Source: Nitrospirota bacterium
Lineage (GTDB): Bacteria > Nitrospirota > UBA9217
Direction of reading: 5' to 3'
DNA: 64,000 nt
Assembly: GCA_963737155.1 (NCBI GenBank)
Contig: CAVTRN010000001.1
Span: forward strand, 64,001 to 128,000
The notes under the pieces are model-generated. The model ran no database searches and was not told where the DNA came from. It saw only the letters and a list, made by a program, of their open reading frames with translations. Shown in pieces: positions 1 to 9,071 of this stretch. The number at the start of each line of letters is the position of its first letter. The first letter of the stretch is position 1. Made by a program: the position numbers and the translations under genes.

Positions 1-253
1 TGACGTGCTTGCGCAACAATTCGATCATCTGATCTCTTGTAAGGGCTGGCTCGTCGGTTTCGGGCACAATGTACTTCTGGACGTCTGGATCATCGGAGTA
101 TCGCGCGATCTCACGGGACTTCCGGCTATCCCGATGATCGCTATAAGCGTTGCTCTCAGGGCGAGGCAGGGCGCAGCTCGTCAAGATGACGGGGAATTGC
201 AGGATCAAGGCCGCCATTGTCACTGCAGAACAGAATATCTTAACATGTTTCAT
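1..253 (-). CDS. Lipoprotein, 5' part only (runs off window edge); possibly phosphoesterase/phospholipase C family
   Basis: Not in ORF track. Read manually: ATG at 253, RBS GAAAGGAG upstream, MKHVKIFCSAVTMAALILQFPVILTSCALPRPE...RDQMIELLRKHV, open to base 1. Lipobox-like LTSC. Family is a guess from the ELLRKHV segment. Confidence 0.6.
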   Translation of the reverse strand, partial: MKHVKIFCSAVTMAALILQFPVILTSCALPRPESNAYSDHRDSRKSREIARYSDDPDVQKYIVPETDEPALTRDQMIELLRKHV

Positions 254-552
254 CGAACGTCTCCTTTCGTCAATCCGCGCTTCAGGAAGCGCAGATGAAG
301 AAAACTTTCTTCATGGGCCTCATCTAGTACGCGCTGGGACTATTAAATTATTATGACGGCGCGGTTAGCTGGCGTTTTAACCTCGATTGTGACAATCTCA
401 TTGGTTAATGTATTCACTGGATATGCTATTTACCGAATCCTTATTTCATAACAGCAAGTTGATCTTTCGCTCTAAATTTGTACCACCCCGGGAGTTAGAC
501 TTATAATAGCTGAGGATTAAACGAAAAAAATACTGCAGCAACTCTTTGCCTG

Positions 553-1116
553 TCAGTCACCGCCGATATCAACAGTCACAAAGTACTTATTAATGGCTTC
601 CTTCGTGAATGGAAGATTATCGGTTATTCTGAGGCCGCCGTTCGCCTTACGAACCATGAAGGCTATGTCGCAATCGGCCTTTTTTAGCACTCTGCCATAC
701 AACTCTTGGTCCAAGACATGCGCCAACAATTTCATTTTTGCAGCCGGTTCGACTGTAAATATCATAGATTCTAAGGGCGTATCTTTCATATTATGGAATT
801 CATACTTTCCAATTACGTGTTCAGCGCCCGGCCCAGGGAGCCAGAGAAGAAAATCTCCGCGTGTTACAACGGAAATTGGGTTCTTGCTGCTATTTGTGAT
901 CTCAACAACGATAGGCGGGACTCTCAGCGGAGCCGTTAGGTGTTTCTGTATCGTCTCCATGTTCCCCAGCAATGCCGCAGCGGCAGCAATTACTGCAAGA
1001 ATTGAGGCCAACGTGATCCTCGCTTTTGTAGATATCGCATTCCAGCGTTGCCTCCATGTGATGCGGGACGGGAGTGGCGTTCCATTGGGACCAAGTATTT
1101 TCTTTCCTTGAGTCAT
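553..1116 (-). CDS. Hypothetical protein with single N-terminal TM segment
   Basis: 187-aa ORF with hydrophobic ITLASILAVIAAAAALLG segment; no family recognised. Confidence 0.65.
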   Translation of the reverse strand: MTQGKKILGPNGTPLPSRITWRQRWNAISTKARITLASILAVIAAAAALLGNMETIQKHLTAPLRVPPIVVEITNSSKNPISVVTRGDFLLWLPGPGAEHVIGKYEFHNMKDTPLESMIFTVEPAAKMKLLAHVLDQELYGRVLKKADCDIAFMVRKANGGLRITDNLPFTKEAINKYFVTVDIGGD

Positions 1117-1574
1117 ATTAGAGTCAGTGTTCTATCTGCTTCGGACATGTCTATTCTGCTTTGAAATTCAAGTTCTTTATATATCATGCGGCAGCGGCTG
1201 CCCCATTCTCACGGCGCGAAGCGCCGGGAAAACCAATTATTGAGTAGACTCCTACTGAACAACGCAGAATAAGTGCATAGTTAGGTAGTCTTCTTGGTCA
1301 GTTAATTAACGCTATATTATGCAAAAAATATATTCCTGATTCACGGTTCTGTCAACAAAATCGAAGAGTATGGCGAATGGATATGTGCTTTAAATGTATG
1401 CGGTAATAAATTCTAAATGAAGTATTGACTGTTGCTAAGATTGAAAACTCCAATGGTTCAGGAAGATGTTTTAATTTCAAAAAGATGCAACTTTAGCGGA
1501 CTACAGGATGTAGTCCATTCTCGGCAATTAGTCACAATGTAACTATTTCAAACTGGAACAATTAATCACAATAA

Positions 1575-2036
1575 TTATTTCGGCGGAACCATGACATCTC
1601 CTACACGCTTCCACGTGGCCGAAGTGACCTTCCATGTGCCGTCCTCCCTGGACAGGTCTACCTCAAAATTGTACACGCCAGATTCTTCCGGGAGAATGTT
1701 GCCACTCGTGTCGCGCCCGGTCATGACAGGCTGGAACATGGCCTGCGCGGTTGAACCGCTTACGACAACATCGACGCGCGGGATGTAAACCCCGATCTTC
1801 TGGTGCTGAAAGAAATTGTATGCCAGGATGTCCTTGACGGCGTTATAGTCGTTGCCCTGCGGGTCGTGGTAGCTTTTCGAGAGGTGGTCCAGCACCGCGC
1901 CGATCTTCTTCTCCTCGGCGGCATGCTGGACACTGGTAACGACCTTGATCACCTTTTCCTCTTCCGTGTCCTTCAAGCAGGAGCAAAACAGCGGTATGAG
2001 GAAGAGAATTATAAGCAGCGGCCTACGCGTTATCAT
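1575..2036 (-). CDS. Lipoprotein, NTF2/SnoaL-like fold
   Basis: Signal peptide with FCSC; LSKSYHDPQG and C-terminal LSREDGTWKVTSATW typical of NTF2-like proteins. Confidence 0.7.
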   Translation of the reverse strand: MITRRPLLIILFLIPLFCSCLKDTEEEKVIKVVTSVQHAAEEKKIGAVLDHLSKSYHDPQGNDYNAVKDILAYNFFQHQKIGVYIPRVDVVVSGSTAQAMFQPVMTGRDTSGNILPEESGVYNFEVDLSREDGTWKVTSATWKRVGDVMVPPK

Positions 2037-2256
2037 GGCAGTTTCCCAGTCCAGTCATCAAAATGATTTATCACAAAATAATTCCGAGCCATCCCCTATC
2101 GATCTCCCTCATTTATTGTAACAGACAGAGAAATGATTTGCGGGCAGTTATTTTCAGAGAACCCGAGGTTAATACAAGGTGAGAGGAATTTGCAAGCAGG
2201 CGGGCCGAACCGTGAGGGTTTCGAACTGTCCGGCAACGTGAAAAAACTGTCCTGAT

Positions 2257-2292
2257 AAAAAGAATTGGGGTTACAGCGTACGCTGTAACCCC
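2257..2292 (-). terminator. Rho-independent terminator of tRNA gene
   Basis: Perfect inverted repeat GGGGTTACAGCG-TA-CGCTGTAACCCC (2267-2292) followed on the minus strand by AATTCTTTTT. Confidence 0.75.
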
Positions 2293-2302
2293 TTGATAAG
2301 TT

Positions 2303-2379
<77 letters not shown>

Positions 2380-2392
2380 ATGTGAGATGTGC

Positions 2393-2421
2393 ATATTAAG
2401 GTACTATGGCGGCATTGTCAA
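2393..2421 (-). promoter_or_regulatory. Sigma70 promoter of tRNA-fMet
   Basis: Minus strand TTGACA-17 bp-TAATAT just upstream of the tRNA. Confidence 0.75.
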
Positions 2422-2997
2422 GAAAATTCATTTCCCGGCATGCCGGTAACGGCGGCACCGATTCCGGGGATCATTGCGGCGATGCCGCTGCCGGCGCAGA
2501 GCCTGCCTTTTTACCTGCCTTCCCTCGATTCATCCCGGCCCTGTCTCCGGGTCAAAATCATTCCCCGGGAAGACGCCGGAGAACAGAGGGAGCAATCATG
2601 ATGATTGCGGGAGAGAGCAGTTGTCCGTGCTCCGGCAGCATATCCGTGCCGGACAGCGCCATGCTTGAAACGTCCGGCGAAACCCTGAGCATTCCCCGGG
2701 CGAAACCACGAAACGCAAATAGTTCATCAGTATCCGCTTGCTACTTTTGTCCCCGCCCATAACCTTTCCAAACCCTCTTGTGCTATATTGGAAAGAGAGT
2801 CCGAAAAAGTTCTCTCTTATGCCGACAAAAGCATGCGCCGCAAAACGTGCGGCTCCTGGCGGCATTTTTTTTAAGAGCGGAAAATTACGCAGAAGATGAG
2901 CGGCAAGGCCCTTCCGGAAGTGCGGGCAAATAAATTCCAGGCTTCTTCCGGCGGGCCTTCGGGGAATAATATTCACCTCACGAAGGAGGTAGCGCAA

Positions 2998-3887
2998 ATG
3001 AGACATTCAAGGGTAAGGACGCTGGCGCTGGCCGGCATGCTCTTTTTGGCCGCGGGATGCGCATCGACCCGGCCTGTGGCGCCGGCCGCCGACGAAACTC
3101 CTGCCGCGCATATCCAGGGACGGTGGGTTTGGGCGGAACTGTACGCCGACAATGTCGACACGGAGAAAGCCTTCTACCAGGAGGTCTTCGGCTGGCAGTT
3201 CGAAAGCCGCGGGAGGGGCACGGACACCCATACCCTCGTCCTCGCGGACGGCAAGCCGATCGCCGCCATCATCCAGCATGCGAAGCCGGCCGATGCCGAA
3301 CGCGCAGCGAGGTGGCTGCCGTTCATGTCCGTTCCTGACGCGGTCCGCGCCGCCGAACAGGCGGTCTCCTCCGGCGGCAAGCTCGTCGTCCCCGTCAGAT
3401 CCTCCCGGGGGTGCGTGAGTCCGCGGTCCTCGCAGACCCCGAAGGCGCGTTCTTCGGCGTGGTCCACAACAACGCTGGCGATGCACCGGACGTGTTCCCG
3501 CCCTACGATACCTGGCTATGGTTCGAGCTTTGGGCCAATGACCCGTCGGCGATGGCGGAGTTCTACCGGCCCATCGGCGCCTATACGGTGACGCGCCAGG
3601 AAGGGCCTGACGACCGGACCGAACTGCACCTGGAGGCGGGCGGGTTCCCGCGGGCCGGCATCCTGGAGCTTAAGCACAAGGACCGTCCCTCGACCTGGCT
3701 GCCCTATGTGCGTGTGCAGGACCTGCAGAAGACGGTGGCCAGCGTAACCCGCGCGGGCGGCAGCGTCGTTGTCGAGCCGAGCCCGGAGGTCCGGCACGGA
3801 ACGGTAGCCGTGTTCCTCGACCCGCTGGGCGCGGCGGTGGCGGCTGCAGAGTGGCAGGATGAGACCGGAGAGGAGGGCAAACCATGA
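2998..3887 (+). pseudogene. Tandem VOC/glyoxalase-domain lipoprotein, frameshifted near 3398 (or sequencing error)
   Basis: RBS AAGGAGG, lipobox LAAGC, VOC motifs (WAELY..FYQEVFGW; WLPYVRV..AGGSVVVEP) split between ORFs 2896..3591 and 3411..3887. One added base at ~3398 restores ...VPV-R-ILPGVRESAVLADPEGA. Confidence 0.75.
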
Positions 3888-4180
3888 AACCCTGGGCCAT
3901 CAAGAACGTTATTGCCCGTTTGCTCCTGCTGATGGCGATAGCCATGCTCCTGGCGGGCTGCTATTGGGCCGGCCCCCCGCCGGACGGGGACGGATATTAC
4001 GGAGGATACGCTCCTGCATACTACGGGGGCGACGTGATCATCGGCGTCGGCGGGCACCGGGACGGGGGACGGGGTGACAGGCGGCCTGATGTGTCTCATA
4101 TGCCGGCGCGGCGCCTCCCGGCCCCGGCGCCCCGATCCCAGTCCAGACCGGCTGGGCATCCGCAGCCTGGAAGAAGATGA
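3884..4180 (+). CDS. Small Gly/Tyr/Pro-rich lipoprotein
   Basis: ATGA overlap with upstream gene, RBS GAGGAGG, lipobox LLAGC. Confidence 0.65.
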   Translation: MKPWAIKNVIARLLLLMAIAMLLAGCYWAGPPPDGDGYYGGYAPAYYGGDVIIGVGGHRDGGRGDRRPDVSHMPARRLPAPAPRSQSRPAGHPQPGRR

Positions 4181-4564
4181 GTCTGTGAGGGAGACTTCCC
4201 CGGACATTTGAGAGAGGAAACCCCGAAAGGCTGACGCCTTGAAATGCTGAAGGTGGGTCTCCATGTACAAAAAAAATTGCATCCTGACCGGGCGGGGTTC
4301 CTTCAGAAATAGCGGGGCCGGATGCGCCGGAATGAGCAGGGAGAGATCCGGATCGGCAAGAACGCGGTGGACAAGTTCCGGTTCTTCGTTCCGGTCCCGT
4401 TAAATTTTTTGTTCCAAATTTATTTGTGGCTATGAGCCCGACGAATTCCCCGCCCGTAAGGGCGAGGCAGGTCACTGGTTGGTTTCGTCCGGGATCCCCG
4501 CGTTCGCGATTATCCCGATTATGGTTGAGGGCCGGTAAAAAACCCTCACCGTCGGCCATCGTTT

Positions 4565-4684
4565 TTACCTCAAAAGCCTGCTTTGGAGGATGTCCCGCAG
4601 ATCTCTTCTGCCGTCCAACACGCAGTGAATGAAAACCGGCTCTCCTGCCACTTCATAAATGATACGATAGGGCTTATAATAAAT
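4565..4684 (-). pseudogene. 3' part of ParE/RelE-family toxin interrupted by ISL3
   Basis: Reads IYYKPYRIIYEVAGEPVFIHCVLDGRRDLRDILQSRLLR*, in frame with the 5' part at 6862-7079 once the IS and one TSD copy are removed. Confidence 0.9.
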
Positions 4685-4695
4685 GGCTATTCGGA

Positions 4696-5997
4696 TTATC
4701 CGGTTGTTGAGGCCTGAAAGTCCTCGATGTGGAAATCCTGTGTAAAGGTTGTTATGTCGATTCCAAAGTTCTTTTGAGTGGCGAATGTCATGACTCCTCT
4801 TAGCACCGATGGGGCTATTTCAATGCGAGTTTTAAATTGCTTTGAGTTGAACAGTATTTTTGCTCTTAGAACATCGAAAGAGTACCCGCGGCCATTTCGA
4901 TTTATGTTTTTGATCACGCCATTCTTGGCTTCGGTAAGGGCGTTTGTGATGGGGAAATCGAAGAAGGCGAATATCTCAGTTTCCCAGTGAGTCATAGATA
5001 TGACGAGGGGCTCAAATATGGACTCAATTTCCAACGGGATACTGGCTTTCCAGACTTTGTACGCTTCCTTGGCCTCAATGGCTGTCTGGCAGTTCCAGAT
5101 GTCGAAAAAGGACTCCTTGAGTGTGTATGCCTGCCCCAATTCGGGGAAGTTTTTGGTCCAGATATCGAGTTTCAGCAGCTCTTTCTCATCCAAGTTTTTT
5201 TTGCGTCTAAGCAGGGTGAAGCGGTCCTTCATAAGTGCTCTTCTCCCGTGGCGAGTCTGGTTTTCCCTGGTACGCTTGCGAACGGCTTCAAGTGCATAGT
5301 TCGCCATTTTGACGATGTGAAACTTGTCAATGATGATCCTCGCGTCCGGGATGGCAGCTCGCACGGCATCCCGGTATGGCCGCCACATATCCATGGCAAC
5401 CAGCTCCACAGTCTTACGGTCTGGCATGTTCATCAGGTATTGGTACACGACGTTCTTACTGCGGGTTTCAAGCATGTCGAAGATGGTGGCTTCTTCGATG
5501 TTCGTTAGAACGCAGCGTATGCTTTTAAGCAGGTGAACCTCATCAATACCGAGTATTCGGGGCGTCTCGAACTTGAACCTTTGCTCCAGATCGGCTACGT
5601 GGCCAGAAAAGACGTTGCGCACGGTTTTTTCATCGACGCCAATCTCCTCCGCCATGCTGGTAAAAGTCCTCCTGAGAGATTGCTCCTGGATGTATTTGAT
5701 CAGGCGGTTCGTCATTGCCCGCTTGTCATCGATGTCAGGGGTTGCTTCCAGGAAGGTGCCATTGCACTTTTTACAGCGGTATCTCTGCCGGCCGATGAGG
5801 ATCTCGACCTTCTTCCCATGGATGGATAGGTCGAGGTATGACTGCTCTCTTACGCCATGCTTGATGACAGTATCTTGGCTGAGGCACGTCTCACAGAAGA
5901 CCATCCTCCAAGGGATAGTTTCGGCAGTAAAAACGTAGTGATCTGGATGCTCGTCTTCGGAAATGACTTTTAAATACGGTAAGTTAAGGATGTCCAT
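4696..5997 (-). CDS. ISL3-family DDE transposase
   Basis: Zn-finger CETC..RYRCKKC; LGIDE, VAMDMWRPY, IIDKFHIV and ITNALTEAKNGVIK..RNGRGY motifs; RBS AGGAGG. Confidence 0.95.
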   Translation of the reverse strand: MDILNLPYLKVISEDEHPDHYVFTAETIPWRMVFCETCLSQDTVIKHGVREQSYLDLSIHGKKVEILIGRQRYRCKKCNGTFLEATPDIDDKRAMTNRLIKYIQEQSLRRTFTSMAEEIGVDEKTVRNVFSGHVADLEQRFKFETPRILGIDEVHLLKSIRCVLTNIEEATIFDMLETRSKNVVYQYLMNMPDRKTVELVAMDMWRPYRDAVRAAIPDARIIIDKFHIVKMANYALEAVRKRTRENQTRHGRRALMKDRFTLLRRKKNLDEKELLKLDIWTKNFPELGQAYTLKESFFDIWNCQTAIEAKEAYKVWKASIPLEIESIFEPLVISMTHWETEIFAFFDFPITNALTEAKNGVIKNINRNGRGYSFDVLRAKILFNSKQFKTRIEIAPSVLRGVMTFATQKNFGIDITTFTQDFHIEDFQASTTG

Positions 5998-6058
5998 ACA
6001 GGAGGTTACTATATAATGTCAACCAAAGCAAAGCAAAAACACCCGTGCAAATTTATTA

Positions 6059-6087
6059 TTGCAATGACCTAAATAATGACCTATAAT
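6059..6087 (+). promoter_or_regulatory. Sigma70 promoter and likely autoregulatory operator of the IS-borne TA operon
   Basis: TTGCAA-17 bp-TATAAT; direct repeat AATGACCTA x2 lies across the spacer. Confidence 0.6.
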
Positions 6088-6117
6088 TGTATCATAATTA
6101 TTTGAAAGGAGATCATC

Positions 6118-6363
6118 ATGCAACGAATTCATGCGCGTTCTTCGGTAAGCATTAGCGATTTGAAGAAAAATCCCTCAGGCATCATAACTCAGGCACAAGG
6201 TGAAGCCGTAGCCATCCTCAATCACAACCGGGCCACTGCCTATCTTGTGCCCGCCGCGTCTTTTGAAGCGATGCTAGAGCGGCTTGACGATATTAAACTT
6301 CGCCGTTTGGTGAAGGCGCGACGGAACGAGGCTTCTGTCAAGGTAGCGCTTGATGAGCTATAG
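6118..6363 (+). CDS. Phd/YefM (StbD-like) antitoxin
   Basis: SVSISDLKKNP..GEAVAILNHNRATAYLVPA motif; RBS AAGGAG; overlaps toxin. Confidence 0.92.
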   Translation: MQRIHARSSVSISDLKKNPSGIITQAQGEAVAILNHNRATAYLVPAASFEAMLERLDDIKLRRLVKARRNEASVKVALDEL

Positions 6364-6637
6364 TCTTGAATTCAAGGAATCAGCCTTGAAAGAGTGGCGT
6401 AAACTCGACGAGAGCATCAAAGTGCAGTTCAAAAAACGACTTGCTGGGCGTATTATTTCGCCCCATGTAGCTTCTGCTCGATTGTCCGGAATGCAGAACT
6501 GCTACAAGATCAAACTCAGGGATGCCGGTTACCGGCTTGTATATGAGGTTAACGACAACCGGTTGGTGATTATTGTCATCGCAGTAGGCCGTCGCGACCA
6601 TGATCTTGTTTACAAGCGTGCAGAAAACCGTATGTAA
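6353..6637 (+). CDS. relE: RelE/StbE-family toxin
   Basis: YSLEFKESALKEWRKLD..CYKIKLRDAGYRLVYEV..IAVGRR. Confidence 0.92.
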   Translation: MSYSLEFKESALKEWRKLDESIKVQFKKRLAGRIISPHVASARLSGMQNCYKIKLRDAGYRLVYEVNDNRLVIIVIAVGRRDHDLVYKRAENRM

Positions 6638-6861
6638 AAAATCAACCAGCTACTTGGATACACAACTAGATTTCCCCGGCATCAACCGCAAAATCAGAAT
6701 ACCCTTAATATATTTTGCATGGTTCCAATCTTCGTGACGCCGCAGATATCACGTAGAAAGCGCTACAAGAGGGATAGTGTAAAAAAGATGAAAACAACCA
6801 AATAATCCGATTTGGGATGTCATGACAGAAAATGGAAAACAACCATAAAATCCGAATACCC

Positions 6862-7079
6862 TAATAAATTTCCCGATATTCCCGAATGCCAAGCCGCTCC
6901 AGTTCCGGTGGATAATGCCCCCTTACGGGCGACGTTTGCAGGCTGAGTATGGTTTGTTCGATGTCCAGAAAAAGCCGTTCAGCCTTCTCTTCGGAATCAT
7001 TGCGTTTGACATAGACATACACATCATCTATGTCCCTTTCCGCGTTTTCGAGGATATAAACCGAAAAGAGCTTTGTCAT
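6862..7079 (-). pseudogene. 5' part of ParE/RelE-family toxin interrupted by ISL3
   Basis: AERDIDDVYVYV..RGHYPPELERLGIREYRE; reconstituted protein about 109 aa. Confidence 0.9.
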
Positions 7080-7288
7080 TTGCCTGCTGCCCGTTTTTTC
7101 CGCAAATCCCTGAAAGCCTTTGTAGCCGGTTTGTATCTCCCCGCCTCAAGGCTTTTTTTGCTCTGGGCAAGAATTTTTAACATGGCGAGGCTCTCTTGCA
7201 GCTCCTCATACTCATTGATGCCCTGAATAACCGCCTTTGCCTCTCCATTGAGCGTAATAATAACAGGACTTCGGCTTTCTCCGACCAC
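7076..7288 (-). pseudogene. Phd/YefM antitoxin, apparently 5'-truncated
   Basis: PVIITLNGEAKAVIQ..YEELQESLAMLKILAQ motif. An in-frame TAG lies 5 codons upstream, so the usual N-terminal DNA-binding segment is missing. Confidence 0.7.
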
Positions 7289-7589
7289 CCGTCGCGATCG
7301 CCCCTAACAGCGCCCGGACTGACTGCAAGCCCGACGCGCTACCGGTCTGCTCCGGCCCGCGGCGGATGGTTTAAGGGACATCTTCGGGATGTGCCTGCCG
7401 TCATCATCTCTCCATAACCTCTCCGCTCTATTCTGATCAGTAAGCACGGCTTTCGCGCGCTGCCCGCAGAACGGATAGCCGACATTCGCTCTATTTCAAG
7501 AGACAGGAACATCCACTGCGGTAAATGACGTGGAAACCAGTTTACCGCAAGGACCGTTCTTAAGCCTCCGTGAGCAAGCCTGAATGTAA

Positions 7590-7733
7590 GTGAATTACCC
7601 CGCAGCAAGCTGCGGGGCATCGGAACTTGAAACCTTAAAAAAGCACAACAAAGAAGCTGAAGACTTATCCTAGCTTCGCCAGGATGTCCTTTTCATCCCA
7701 GCAGCAAGCTGCTGGGTATTTCAGGACTGTTTT
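7590..7733 (-). mobile_element. Non-autonomous IS200/IS605-type palindromic mini-element (PATE-like), copy 1
   Basis: Subterminal hairpins CCCCGCAGC-AA-GCTGCGGGG and CCCAGCAGC-AA-GCTGCTGGG. On the minus strand preceded by TTTAT and ending TTCAC. One mismatch versus copy 2. Confidence 0.75.
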
Positions 7734-7819
7734 ATAAAAAATGCCGCTCAAAATTGCTTATCGTGACGGGATATACTTATTATAAGGAAGTCGAAAACTG
7801 GCGGTCAGGAGGGAGAACC

Positions 7820-8908
7820 ATGAAGATTAAATCCGGCCCTATAGCAGCCTTGATGACGGCGCTGTTTTTGATTACAGTAACCGGATGTGGCAACAATAAT
7901 ACCAACAATTTTTTCTATTACGGCGGTGAGAACGATTATATTATGACAGACCCGTCAGGACTTACCTGGATGAAGTTTACCCGTGATCAGAACGGGAACC
8001 TTTCAGGTTACGTGGATGATATTGAAGGTTACACCTATAATTTTACCGGCACGGTGGCTTCAGATGGCACTTTTACACTATCGGGGACGGGTTATGCCGC
8101 GACCGGAACGATATCGACCGATGGAACAGTAAGCATTCCCAGTGAACAGTTGTCGCTCCCCGGAGGCATCTCGTCGACTAATGCATATGGTTTTTTGGTG
8201 CAGCCGGCACTTACGCAGGTCGCCGGTTCCTATTATTCCGCCATAACCGGCACGAGTACTTCGGCATATGGGATTACCATTCATGGCGATGGCACCGTCG
8301 CCGGAGAAAGCCTGGACATTTTCGGGAACAAGTTTACTATTTGTAATGGTTACATAAGCACTTCAGGAAGCACTTCGGGACAGTTCATCGGGCAGGTGAA
8401 GAATCCCAGCCTCTTTTTAGCGCCAATTCCGGTTACGGGTACGACGGATGGAACCAATTTTACGCCGGGCCTCCTGACTTACATCGACCTGACCAGCCGA
8501 ATGAGCAGTACTCTCCAGTGGATGGCGGGGGTACTGTCCATGAATATCAACGCCGGACTGTATTACGGAACAATGGAGTTCGGAGGTGTTACGAGCCCGG
8601 GCAGACTCATCATTAATTCCGATAATGTTATCCTGGGTAATATAAAAACAGATCCTTTGGGCGGACTATATGGCGGATTCTTGTCGGGGAACGCTTACCA
8701 GCCTGATCCTGCAACGAGTCCTTCGCAATGGGCATTTAATTTGGACTATTCCATCAATACCTACTCCGCTGCAACCGGATACGGCTCTCTCCCGGGCGGA
8801 ACCTTCAGCGGCAGTTTTTCAGGCTACACTTTAAGCGGGGATGGTACAAGCAATTCTACTCCCCCGCAGACCGGGATGATCAGTTTCTCACTGATCAACA
8901 GCTTCTAG
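7820..8908 (+). CDS. Gly/Thr-rich hypothetical lipoprotein
   Basis: RBS GGAGGGAG before ATG 7820; lipobox VTGC; beta-rich composition. Confidence 0.75.
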   Translation: MKIKSGPIAALMTALFLITVTGCGNNNTNNFFYYGGENDYIMTDPSGLTWMKFTRDQNGNLSGYVDDIEGYTYNFTGTVASDGTFTLSGTGYAATGTISTDGTVSIPSEQLSLPGGISSTNAYGFLVQPALTQVAGSYYSAITGTSTSAYGITIHGDGTVAGESLDIFGNKFTICNGYISTSGSTSGQFIGQVKNPSLFLAPIPVTGTTDGTNFTPGLLTYIDLTSRMSSTLQWMAGVLSMNINAGLYYGTMEFGGVTSPGRLIINSDNVILGNIKTDPLGGLYGGFLSGNAYQPDPATSPSQWAFNLDYSINTYSAATGYGSLPGGTFSGSFSGYTLSGDGTSNSTPPQTGMISFSLINSF

Positions 8909-9071
8909 GGGTCAAGACAGATAATGAGGAAGACTATTATCGTTTGAGCAACCTGCGGTTTCTCAAGCACTTCCCTCAATAAGTGTCAATGGTCATCTAA
9001 AAGTGTACCTCCCTCATGCATTCCTCTGGTTTATTTGTTTGATCAGTTCTTGGTATTTCGGAGTGGAAGTT

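Larger units (their letters stand above)
4685..6861 (-). mobile_element. ISL3-family element (2177 bp) carrying a passenger TA module
   Basis: Terminal IRs GGCTATTCGGATTATCCGGTTG / GGGTATTCGGATTTTATGGTTG (18/22). Exact 8-bp TSD TAATAAAT at 4677-4684 and 6862-6869. Interrupts a toxin ORF. Confidence 0.92.

Noticed and set aside
445-500. attC-like site (GTCTAAC...GTTATGA on the minus strand) after gene 553-1116
   Set aside because: R boxes are not complementary and there is no convincing L-box pairing; no integrase in the window.
2389-2990. Several short ORFs between the tRNA and the VOC gene
   Set aside because: GC-rich chance ORFs in multiple frames, with no recognisable product.
4200-4262. 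c-di-GMP-I or glycine riboswitch
   Set aside because: GGAAACCCCGAAAGG..GACGC is only superficially similar; the second stem and other conserved motifs are absent, and no gene lies directly downstream.
7295-7380. attC-like site at the antitoxin truncation point (GTTAGGG on the minus strand)
   Set aside because: Only one half-site is recognisable; partner box and stem are poor.
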